Part shown: positions 25,146-37,044 of the stretch, piece by piece | Numbering within the stretch: position 1 is the first letter of the stretch | Layout: the number at the start of each line of letters is the position of its first letter | Assembly: GCF_009834535.1 (NCBI RefSeq) | Contig: NC_045696.1 | Location: forward strand, 121,460,001 to 121,524,000 | From: Camelus ferus | Taxonomy: Eukaryota | Direction of reading: 5' to 3' | DNA: 64,000 nucleotides | Translations under genes and position numbers: made by a program | Notes under the pieces: generated by a model | The model's input: the letters and a program-made list of their open reading frames with translations, nothing else | Told to the model about the DNA's origin: nothing | Databases searched by the model: none

Positions 25146-26084
25146 CATGGCTGCACCAACTTGCATCCCTGCCAACAGTGTAGGAGGGTTCCCTTGTCTC
25201 CGCACCCTCTCTAGCATTTATCCAGTGTGGACTTTTTCATGATGACCATTCTGACTGGTGTGAGGTGATACCTCACTGTGGGTTTGATTTGCATTTCTCT
25301 GATAATTAGCAATGCTGAGCATCTTATCACATGCCTACTGGCCATCTGTATGTTGGTACAGCCACCATGGGAAAACAGTATGGAGGTTCCTTAAAAATAC
25401 TGAAAATAGACTCACCCTATGATCCAGCCATCTCACTCCTGGGCACACATCCAGAAAAGATGAAAACTCTACTTCGAAAAGATACACACACCCCAATGTT
25501 CCCAGCAGGACTATTTACAATAGCCAAGACATGGAAACAACCCAAGAGTCCATTAACAGACAACCGGTTAAAGAAGCTGTGGGGTGTGTGTGGGTGTGGG
25601 TGTGTGTATTTTTTATATATATGTGTGTATACATATATTTTATATATATATAATACATACATACACACACACACATAATGGAATACTACTCAGGCATAAA
25701 AAAGAATGAAATAATGCCATTTGCAGCAACACGGATAGACCTAGAGAGAAAGACAACTATTATATGATATCACTTATAAGTGGAATCTAAAAAATCATAT
25801 GAATGGATCTATATACAAAACAGAAAGAAACTTATACACAGAAAGCAAACATGGTTACCAAATAGGACAGGGAGGGCGGAGGGCTAGAAGTATGGAATTA
25901 ACAGCTCTAAACTACTATACATAAAATAAATAAGCAGCAAGGATTTACTATACAGCACAGGGAACTATATTCATTATCTTCCAATAACCTATAATGGAAA
26001 ATAATCTGAAAAAAATACACAGATAACTGAATCACTCTGCTGTACACCTGAAACTAACACAATACTGTAAATCAACTTTAAAAA
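25146..26084 (+). mobile_element. L1 3' fragment with twin-priming-type 5' inversion
   Basis: 25146-25352 is ORF2 antisense. 25353-26084 is the sense ORF2 end (PYDPAISLLG...[11 protein letters not shown]) plus 3'UTR. Approximate TSD aaaatttgcatgg / aaaatgtcatgg. Confidence 0.9.
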
Positions 26085-26579
26085 TGTCATGGGACATATT
26101 AGAAGATAAATGATTAGCAAAATGGAAAAGCAACAACAAAGGGGGAAATGGCAGAGGTTAAAGGCAACAAGCAGGGGCAGCTGCCCTCGGGGCTATCTTA
26201 CTTCCTGTGAAAAGTCCTGTAACCCGGGCTCAGACAAGACTATCCTGGGTGGCAGTGCAGTGTGGGAGGTGTGGTTCTGCAGGTACCACCCTGCACAGGA
26301 GTGGACTCAGGGCTTTTGGCCAACCCACTCCACAGAGACAACTGTGGGGCTTGCCACTCTGAGCCAGGGACTAGATGTCATGGGGACACTCAGCTGAGAA
26401 GCAGGAGAAGCTGGCATTGAGTGGACAATGAGGAAGATGAGTGACACTCCACTGAGCCCAGGCACTGGGAAGTGCCGGGCAGAAGAGATTCCTCCCAGAG
26501 TCTGTTGAGTAAACAGAAATTAACAACAGGGGCCAAAACCTGGGACCTAACACAATGGAGGGGATGACAGCAGTGTGGG

Positions 26580-26915
26580 CTGTTCACATGCTAGGAAGCC
26601 ATGCAGCAATGCACCTGAAGGACCTTCTGATATACACACAAGCACAGACAGACCTTGGAAACGTGACAATGAATGGAAGATGCCACATACAAAAAAGTAC
26701 TCGCCATACGATCCCCAGATCATCAAGTTCTGCAGATCAGAACAGTGGTTGCCTTTTTGGACGCAAGGATGGGAGGGATACAAAAGAGGCTTTGGGGTGC
26801 AGTCTCTACCTTGATTTTGGAGTATTTATTTCATAAAAATTTGTGGCGCTGTACACTTACGATACGAAGCCTTCCATGTGTTTATCGCACCTGGATAAAG
26901 TTTTACTTTAAAAAT
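26580..26915 (+). mobile_element. Old L1 (L1MD/ME-like) 3'UTR
   Basis: gaccttggaaacgtga...cagatcagaacagtggttgcctt...gctgtacacttacgat. Confidence 0.6.
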
Positions 26916-27134
26916 AAACAACAGATGGTATAAAGAAGGCCAACATATCTAATACGTTAGTAATCATACAGAAGGTAAACTTCCCTCCCGAAAGACCTAG
27001 AACCTTAGATTACCTCTCAGATCTAACCAGGTGACATTTAACAAAGCAAACCACAATAAGCAAATAAATGGGTGAGGAAGTGAATGAGTGGACATATGGA
27101 TAAAGAAAAAGAGACTCTGGTCAAAAGAAAGGAG

Positions 27135-27362
27135 ATTAGCAGATACTACCACTGTAAATAAAATACATACACAACAAGAACCTACTGCATAGCACAGGGA
27201 ACTATATTCAATATCTCGTGGTAACCTGTAATGAAACAGAATATGAAAATGAATATATGTATGTATATGTATGACTGAAACATGCTGGGCACCAGAAATT
27301 GACACAACATTGTAAACCAACTATACTTCAATAAAAAATAATAAAATTAAAAAAAAATAAAA
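27135..27362 (+). mobile_element. Short L1 3'-end insertion
   Basis: caacaagaacctactgcatagcacagggaactatattcaata...caccagaaattgacacaacattgtaaac...cttcaataaa followed by an A tail. Confidence 0.9.
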
Positions 27363-28944
27363 GCATCACAAAGATTTTTTAAAAAAGAGAAAGTAGGAAT
27401 GGTAATAGTAATATGAGACAAAGTAGAATCTAAGGAAACAAGCCTTAAATGAGACAAAGAGAATCATTCCTCCCATTTGCCCGAACTTGGATCCACTGTA
27501 AATTACTCCTCCTTGCAATCAGCAGGTGTGAGATGCTCAGGGGGGTTTCTAATTGTTAAACTCACATTTGATCAGGTCACTCCCTGACCAACATTCTTCT
27601 GTGGTATCCAAATCCCACACTTCCCAGCCTGGGGTCACTAGCTGACTTCTACTTTCGTCCGTCAGGCACACCAGTCTCCAGTCCCTTCAGTAAAGCTGCT
27701 TCATTCTGATTACTCTTGCTCACACTTTGAAGTCGTTTTTGTCCCTCTTCTAGAATGCCCAAGGAGTTACAGTCCTTGTTTTCACATGAAAAATTCCCCC
27801 TTGTGTATGCCTCCCTCATAACCCCGTTTGGGCGCCTGGTAAAGTTTTCATGACCACAAGTACTCCCTAGGCACTCCTTAGTTTGTGTCCTGTGGTCTTC
27901 TCACACCAGTGATCACATACATGTGGCAACTCTCAGCTTTCATATCTGCGAAGTCCTCATGAGCAGGGGCCAAGGACTGTGCAATAAAGGCTCAAAGCAG
28001 GACAGACTGGGTGTGGAGCCACCTAGATTGGCTGATGACAAGGTGGAGCCCTGGGCGTGTGGTCCTGTGACATCTGTGGCTCTAGCTGCTGATGAAGAAG
28101 AGAGCTCTAGAACCAGAGACAGGTACTGAGGTAGCCAGCCAGGCTCTCACAATGCCAGGTGATCTGGCAATTTAACAGCCCTGATCTCGGCCATCACCTT
28201 AGAAACATGTTACATCAGTGTGAGACCCCCCAAGACTGTATCCAGGAGGGCATTTCTCTCCAACCTTCCCCTCCCACTTCCTGCATGAAGCTTCTCACTG
28301 ATATGGCCTCAAACTCAGATTATTTCCACAGTAAATAACGGAAGGAAGAGAAGAGGGTCTGGAATTCTCACAGTGGGGCTGGACAACCAGGAGTTAACCA
28401 AACAGTCAGCACAAAGGCCTCTTACTCAGCCCTGGTGGACTGAAAGCACTGCTTCCACACAGTCAGTGCTCACCAGCTGCATCAAAGGACAATGATTTCA
28501 AGAGGGAACTTTGCATCTCAGAAATCTGATCTCCAAGAAGAAATGCTGTCACTTCTGAGCAGAGAGCACCAATTCGTTCCTACTTCTACCACCAGCTGGA
28601 CTAGAATACTGGGACATAGTTCTTAATCTTCAAGTCCTTCAGACTCCGTGTCTGTCTGTTTCACCAGAAGCTAAAAGCGTAGGATGCAAACATGGCTAAT
28701 TTGCATGATCACAGACCATTGGTAAGAGATGCCCATGGTCAAGGACACTCTCACTCCTAAGATCCCTAAAATCCACCTTGACATGTAACTCTTGCACAGC
28801 AACTCTGAGCCTAGTACTCTATTACATGCTATGAGGGGCACCAACATATTGATATGTGTCCCTGCCTCTGAAGGACTTTCAGTGTGACCAACTAGGTGAA
28901 GTACCTTATTCACAGAGAGCACTAGAGCATTATATTTAAATGTG

Positions 28945-29140
28945 TAAGTTTTTGAGTTAGACAGCCTAGTTTACACCCTGGATCTGTAAGTTACAAACTT
29001 TTATAACTGTTGGCAAGATGTATTTTGGTTTCCTCATCTGCAAAATGGAGCTAACAACAGGATCCACCTTAGCATTGCTGTGAGGGTTCAGGGAGTAACA
29101 ATGCAGATACAGAGCACAGAGTTAGTGTTAACAGTTGTCA
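28945..29140 (+). mobile_element. MIR SINE
   Basis: ggtttcctcatctgcaaaatggagctaacaacag...ttgctgtgaggg. Confidence 0.7.
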
Positions 29141-29269
29141 TGTTAACCAGTGTTCACATGAAAAAGATTTCTGCAAGTAGACAAATGATGACTTGCTAAA
29201 GTAATTAATGAAGTTAAGTAATGATAAAGCTCAGCAAAGACAGAGATACTTGGGTCCAAAGCAAAGTGA

Positions 29270-30930
29270 AGTTAAAATGTCCATAGTACTCAAAGCAACC
29301 TACAGATTCAAGGTGATCCCTATGAAAATATCAGGAGCATTTTTCACAGAACTAGAACAAACAAGGCTAAAATTTCTATGGGAACACAAAAGACTCCAAA
29401 TAGCCAAACCAATCTTGATAAAAAGAACACAACTGGAGGAATCATGCTTCCTGATTTCAAACTGTACTACAAAGCTACAGTAATCAAAACTGTGTGGTAC
29501 CGGCACAAAAACAAGACACACAGATCAATGGAACAGAACAGACAGCCCAGAAATAAGCTCACTATCCATGGCCATTTAAGCTATGACAAAGAAGGCAAAA
29601 GTATACAACTGAGAAGAGACAGTCTCTTCAATAAATGTTGTTGGGAAAAATGGACAGATACATGAAAAGAATAAAACTGGACTACTTGCTTACACCATAT
29701 ACAAAAAATAAACTCCAAATGGGTTAAAGACTTAAATGTAAGACCTGAAACCATAAAACTCCTAGGAGAAAACATACACAGTACACTCTCTGACATCAGT
29801 CTTAACAATATCTTTTTGTATTTGTCTCCTCAGGCAAGAACAACAAAAGCAAAAATATACAAATGGAACTACATCAAATTAAGAAGCTTTTGCACAGTGA
29901 AGAATACCATCCCAACATACTGAATGGGAAAAGATAGTTGCAAACAATATCATCTGATAAGGGGCTGATATCCAAAATATACAAAGAGCTCCTACAACCA
30001 AATATCAAAAAAAAAAAGCAACTCAATTTAAAAATGGGCAGAGGACCTGAACACATTTTTCCAAAGAAGACATACAGATGGCAACAGACACATGAAAAGA
30101 TGCTCAACATCACTAATTATCAGCTAAATGGAAATCAAAACCACAATGATACATCACCTCACACCCATTAGAACGGTTATTATCAAAAAGACAACCAATA
30201 ACAGGTGTTGGTGAGGATGTGGAGAAAAGGGAACCCTTCTGCACTGTTGACTAGAATGCAAATTGGTGCAGCCACTGTGTAGAACACAAAATTAAAAATA
30301 AAACTACCATATGATCCAGCAATTCCACTTCTGAATGTCTATCTGAAGAAAACTGAAACACTAATTCAAAGAAATACATGCAACCCTACGTTCATTACAG
30401 TAGTGGCTAAGATTTGGAAGTAACCTAAAGTGTCCATCAATAGATTATGGAATATATTTATAACAAAATATTAGCCATAAAAAAGAATAAAATCTTATTT
30501 GTGACAACATAAATGGACCTAGAGGGTACTACGTGAAGTAAGTCAGAGAAAGACAAATACTACATGATTTCACTCATATATGAAATCAAAGAAACAAAAC
30601 AAATGAACAAACAAAACAAACAGAAAGAGACTCAAAGATACAGAGAACGAACTGGTGGTTTCCAGAGGGGAGAGGGTGGGGAAATGGATGAAATAGGTGA
30701 AGGGGATTAAGAGGAACCAACTTCCAGTTATAAAACCAGTAAGTCAGGGGGATATAATGTACAGCACAGCGAACACAGTCAATAGTATTGTAAGAACTTT
30801 CTATGGTGACAGATGGTTACTAGGCTTATGGTAATCATTCTGTAATGTACATAAATATTGAACCACTATGTTATATACATCTGAGACTAAGATAATATTG
30901 TATGTCAACTATACTTCAACATAAAAGAAA
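29270..30930 (+). mobile_element. 5'-truncated older L1 (decayed ORF2 3' third + 3'UTR)
   Basis: Frameshifted ORF2 peptides [47 protein letters not shown] and SDKGLISKIYKEL. The 3'UTR ends gtcaactatacttcaa. Confidence 0.93.
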
Positions 30931-31294
30931 TTAAGTTTTTAAAAAGAAATTTCAAAATTAACATCATGAACAAAATATGAAAGCAATGGTATTTTTGGAG
31001 GAAAAAGAACTGAAGGATAGTGAAGAGAGAAGGAAGGCAGTTTATCAAGAAGACTTCTTTCTGCTAGAGTTGGTATTAGGTGCTATACACTGAACCATCA
31101 CTATGTCATTTGGACAGTGGAGGACACGGGGCTTAAGCTAAGCTCATGAGCCTGGTCTGAACTTGAAGAGCCTAGAAAAAGAAGAAAGGAAATGCCCATT
31201 CATATGTCCAATCACCAAAAAAATGGCAAAAACATGAAAGCCATGTCATGAGATACTTGGATGGATTGAGAGTGCCACCGGGTGGTGCAGGACC

Positions 31295-31500
31295 GAGTCA
31301 AGAATGTGCTGGAGGCCCAGGGACTTGAATCTGTGCCCTGGCTCCAATGTTTCCTAGTTGTGACTCAACTTCTCTGAGCCTTAGTTTTCTCATTCTGAAA
31401 AAGAAGCAATAATAACTACCTCAGGGCTACTGTAAGGATTAGAGATACAGACATAAAAGAACCAAGCACAATAACCAATACAGTAGAGTCTCTTAAAAAA
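31295..31500 (+). mobile_element. MIR SINE
   Basis: aacttctctgagccttagttttctcattctgaaaaag...aataataactacctcagggctactgtaaggattaga. Confidence 0.75.
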
Positions 31501-31907
31501 TGTTCTTTCTGTCCAGTGGTATACAATACAGCCAATGCCCAAATGTTCCCACACTCAAATTTCAGATCATTTGAGAGAGCTGGGATTTAAAGATAAATCA
31601 TTATTATAAATCAGGACTCCAAATTAAAAAATCAGTTCATGTTAAGTTATTCATATATTTTGGTTTGCATCAACAATTTTAGAACAAATAGGGTCAATTA
31701 AAATTTAGACTGGTTCATTGGACTTGTGGAATTTGGGGGCAAGTTTGATAAAGAAATTAGCTTTGGGGGTGTTTAAAAATTAGTTAACTTCATACTTATT
31801 TGAAAGTCAAGAGTTTAGTTCAATTAAAAAGCTTGCTATGGATAACTTTTGCTTTGTCATTTTCCTCTTTCATGCCAATAGTAGGATCACAGAGGCAGAG
31901 GTAAAAG

Positions 31908-31928
31908 TGTGTGTGTGTGTGTGTGTGT
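31908..31928. repeat. (TG)n microsatellite
   Basis: Directly visible. Confidence 0.95.
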
Positions 31929-31959
31929 ATGTGCCCATGCGCACACATGTAGAATCTTC

Positions 31960-32304
31960 TCAGCCAGCATCCTCTCTGTTCCCTTAGACTCCCGCAGTTA
32001 GGCAGGGCCCCATGACTAGTTCTGAGAAGTAATGAGCTTCAGGAAGAATGCAGAAGGGCTGGGGTGTGTCCCCTCATTGTCCCATCCCTGCCATGTTTAC
32101 CAAAGAAGACTTACTGTGACAGTGGAGTGACAATGTCAAAGCATCTGCCGTGACTGAGTCAGCACTGCAGACAGTAGCCCTAGAGACACAGCTGTACTTA
32201 AAAGGGACTTTGTGTTAGTGAGAAAGAAACCTTTGGTGTGTTAGGCCTTCAGATTCAAGCTTGTTTGTTACCACAGCAACACCTAACCTATCCTGGTGGA
32301 TACG
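31960..32304 (+). mobile_element. MaLR LTR, MLT1J-like
   Basis: gcagttagg...ccatgactagttctg...gtgagaaagaaacctttggtgtgttaggcc...ttgtttgttaccacagca...cctatcctg. Confidence 0.7.
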
Positions 32305-33691
32305 ATATTCACATTCATTTCTTTTCTTGAGTCAAACAAAATATATGTGCGTGGTAGGGTATGAGTGAAAGAGATTGAGAGAAAAGGCATGTGAAGCTGT
32401 GTGTCCTACAGAGGAAACATCACTGTGTAAGAATAATACAGATGTGACTTATTGGTTCTGATGTTCAAACCTGTCTCCTACATTCAGGAAAGGGCTCTCT
32501 AGAGTAACTCATCTGTAACAACAACTGAACGCTCCAACTGTGGCTACTCCTAGAACAGCTGTGAGGTACAGGGGTGTCTTGAAACCGAATTTTTACTCTT
32601 CATTAATCCATCCCTCAAATTCTTCCTTGATCACACTTACGGTTATCTATTACCAGCTACTAAGTACCTGTCATCCCAGCACTGCAGGAACACTGTCCAT
32701 TGTTTATGACTTCTCCAGGAAGAATTAATTTTCTGCCCATGGGTTTTATCGCATGTGCCTTACATAGATTGTCAAACATTTTTACATGGAACTCAGTTTT
32801 CTTTACATAACGTTTTTCAGAAATCAAAGAAATTCAACTTTATGATTTAAAAATGGAAACTATTAAGAAAGCACAAGCAACAAAAACCATTTGTAATTTC
32901 ACCACCCAGATAAAAAACACTATTATTATTTTCATATATTTTATTACAGCCTTTTTTATGTTTATGAATTTTAAACAATCAGAATCTATAGTTTTTGCAC
33001 TGCTTTTTAACCTAATGATATATTAAAGAGCATATCCCTGTCATCATTTTTAAATATGAGTTTTTAGTAACTAATATTCTATTATACTGAGGTATTAAAT
33101 CTATTCAGTCAGTCCTTTCTCTTGGCCATTTAAATTGCATCCAATGTATTGTTATTTAAGGGTGTATATATTATTTATATATATGTCAGTGTCCCAAAGC
33201 CCAGCTTCACTCCAGATACAATTTTCATAAAATTATACAGTACCTATTCCTTAGAGCAAGCTGATACTTTTGATTTGTGATCATCAAAGTGAAAATGGGA
33301 CCATGTGGCTTGTGAGAAGCCGGGGAAGAGAAAACATGCAAGAGGCCCAAGGAGGAGCCTACAGAAGAAAATGTCTCAAGGGGATGAGTGGCTCATGCCA
33401 GTTAAGCCTCAGGCTCCAAGAAAAATGACTCTGTCTTCCCCCTGGGTTTTTCTTTCTCATCCTCTCCTCTCCACTAAGAGTAAGACCTAAAAAGGACAAA
33501 AGGACACATCTCAATTCTTCCCTCAATCCAACACAACAAAAGGGCCCTCTCGACTCTTATGTGGTCCAGCTCAACAGAATGGGAGACTACACAGGGCTTT
33601 GGGTCAATGGTCCACCTGATGATAGTGTTCACCTACAGTGTCCTTCAAACATCACATGTACCCTGGGGACCCGCCAAGGGCATTGAGGGAA

Positions 33692-33866
33692 CAAAGATAA
33701 ACAACAAGTTTCTTCTGTATAACACAGGGAACTATAGTCAATACCTTGTAGTAACCTGTAATGGAAAAGAATATGAAAATACATACATGTATGACTGAAA
33801 CATTGTACTGTACACCAGAAATTGACACAACACTGTAAACTGACTATACTTCAATTAAAAGAAAAA
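33692..33866 (+). mobile_element. Short L1 3'-end insertion
   Basis: agataaacaacaagttt...cacagggaactatagtcaata...caccagaaattgacacaacactgtaaactgactatacttcaattaaaa. Confidence 0.9.
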
Positions 33867-34604
33867 GCACTGTGAGAAACCCCAAAAGGAGGACAGTGGG
33901 CAGTGACAGGACAGGACAAAGAAAACCTCCAAGTTTTTCCTGCCTCTCCCCCAGATTAGCACATTTCAAGCACCGTCAAAGAAAGTCAGCCAGTAAAACA
34001 TTTGTGGACCTGAAGCACCATTGCTGGTGTTTTCCACTAAGACATGGAAAATAAGAAATAAGAAAATAATTGTAATGAGTAGAAACAAGTGGGGTTATTA
34101 GAAAATAAAAGAAAACATTATGAATGAGACAAGAGAGGATTTCTGAGGAGGGTAAGAAGAGGAGGACTCAGAGAAGAAGCTGGTACCCAGGTCAGTTACC
34201 AACCACGGACCTTCCCTGGAGAAGTGCACCCTGATGGTGGCTTTAGCTATTTTGAGCAAGAAGAAACTATTTTAACGTCTGTATCTGACAATCTCATTAG
34301 GCAAAATGTCAGAGCCTGTTAATTTCTCACTAAAAACTCCCCCAATTTTGAGTGAGAAACTTCCCATTTCTCTGCTGCCTCCAAAATTCCTTTAATACTC
34401 TAGAGAAGTGTGAATATTTAAGTCTTGCAGGGTGGGTCATAGTTCTGAAGGCAGGCAAGCACTCTTCAAGGGGAACAGCACAGCAGGAAGATGGAAGAGC
34501 TTGGGCAAAGAGTGCAGGTGCGAGGTCGGGGTGTTAGGGGCAAGGACAGCATCAGTGATCCCTGTGGTTAGGATGCAGGGTGGGGGGAGGGCAGAGTCTT
34601 ACAA

Positions 34605-34860
34605 CTAACAATGCTAGAGTGATTTACTGAGCATTTATGAGGGTTCAATGGTTTTGCTTCATAATTTACTTTCTCATTTAAATCTTTCTTTCACATTCAA
34701 ATCTCAAAAAAATCTTATAGGCAGTTATTATTCCCATTTTATAGATGGGCAGAATGAGGCTCAGAGAATCTTGTTTCTTTGTTTTTCAGTTGTTTTCATT
34801 CTGTTTGCTTTTCAGAGGATCACAGAGCTGCTGATGTCAAAATCTGGTTTGTTTCCCATC
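34605..34860 (-). mobile_element. MIR SINE
   Basis: attattcccattttatagatgggcagaatgaggctcagaga. Confidence 0.75.
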
Positions 34861-37044
34861 GTGCTGGCTGAAACACAAAACTGATCGTTTACTCTATTAC
34901 CCTCCGGGGGACTGCAGGCAATTTCAGGACGAAGAACAAACTAGCTGGTGTATACACAGAGCCCTTCTCTCACCCCATCTCCACAATGACCTCTCCTTCA
35001 TCCCCTGCAGATGATGTGTCATTTTCCACATGTCACAGAGCTCAGTCACAACTCATGACATCTCTTGGTCACTGCTGAATTATCTGTCTGGCCCCACTCC
35101 AGACTGGATGCTCCTGGAGGTCAAGGGTGTGTTCTATTTGTATTTTCATCCCATTTGCAAGTACAATACCTGGTTCAAAATGAGGGCTCAATGTTTGTTG
35201 AATGAATCAATCAGTCAAAGAAATCATCTTCAGTTCCCCTGTGTAAAACCATCCTCCAAATACATCATGCAGAATAGCTGACCCTCTGCTTTGGACATTA
35301 ACCAGAGTCTCACTTCTCTGTCCATCCCCACACTGCCCCCAACCATGGATTTCAAAGCCTTTGTCTTTCTGGTGGGGGGTATAGGTGGCTGGGTTATGTC
35401 TGAAAGAATACTGATTCAAGGACAGTCTTGCAAAGAGGCAAGAAAAATAATTCCATTTTCTTCTCTGTTTGCATTCTTGATGTCATTTAGCTTCATATGT
35501 AAAAATCACTCAAAAACATATTAGATGCATACGTAGGATAAAAGCCCCAAAGAAAATACACCACAATGCTGATTTACTTCAGAGTCATGGGATTAGAGGT
35601 GATTTTAATTTTCAGTATTTGTACATTTTGTATTTTCTAAATTGTAGGTAATAAAAATGCATATATTACTTTTTTAACAAAAGTACGATAAGGATTACAT
35701 TTTAAAGTATTAAGCAAACTCTGCAGATGAGTTCTTATTATATAATATCAATGTTCAAAATATAAAATGAGCATGTATTAATTATACATACCATATCAGC
35801 GCATTAAAGTATGGATAATTTAAAATTTGTAACAGTCTGCTTTTCTTTAAAAAATCGTTTGCAGATAGAATTGGGATTCTATTTAACACAAAGGCTTTGT
35901 AATTCACGCTTTAACTCTACTTGGCCATGAAGCCCTGAGGGAATTTCATCATGAAAGCAGCGCAAACATGTTCAAAGGAACAAGCCTTTCAAGCCAGCGA
36001 TCCCCAACTGCCTTTCTCCCTGCCCTTCAACAAGAGGAGAGGCCCATCTGTCAGGCGGGGTAACAGGGCAACAGCATCCTGGTAGTGGCTGCTCACCTTG
36101 TGGTCCAGAGCCCATCTCAAGACCTGATGCCGTGTCCAGCAGGGGTGCCTGCAGTGTAGACACCATGAGAAAACAAAGCCTGTGTCCTTCCAGGCCTGTA
36201 CTTGGCCGAGCTTTTAAGGCTACACCCTGGAGGAACTAACTGCCGCCCCGGCTCCCTCCAGGCCCCAGCATAACAACAGATGGGACAACCCCAGGCCTCG
36301 CAGGCAAAAGCCAGGGAAGCCGCTCTCGTTTCCCTGGCACCTTTGTCAAGACAGAAAAATTGCAGGGGACGAGCAGCAGCGTGGAAGCCTGGCTGCTGGT
36401 GTGGAGAGTGAGTGACTGGGCTCTGGACACAGCCCAGTGGAGAGGGCGGACCCTACGGGCAGCAGAGGGGATGCTGAGCAGCAGACTCCTCCAAACTTTG
36501 GCCGCCAAGAAAGTCACTCAGATTTCTAGCATCCATCAAACAAGCCGGAGGAGACAGGAGACTCCCTTCACTTCTGGAGGGTTAATATTTTTCAGTTCAG
36601 CCAGATTTACTCGTCATACACCCTGCCACCCTCTTCTGTCTTCACTGGTCACTATGCCCTAGCTCGTCCCCAAAAAGAAAGACGTGCTGTGTTTGGAAGA
36701 CACCACTGAGTTGATGGGCTGCATTTACGTGTTATGCATTCATTTGTGCCGTAAAGACGCCCAGAGATCACCTCACTGCAAACACTAAGCTCCCCAGGGA
36801 CCAGAGACCCCAGGAAGAACCAGGATTTAACTGATCTTGGGTACCATCTAGGTCTCTGAGTTTCTCCACATCACCACTGTACCACGGGTGTTGACAGAAA
36901 AGTGAATAAAAGAGACAGCCTCTGCCCTCAGGGAGGTTTAAAACATCTACCTTGATGGCTGCCAGGGAGGCATGTTCACTGAACATTTATGGAATTCATC
37001 AGTAAAGTAACTTTGACCATGAGTCTGCTGTTGAACGCACAGTA

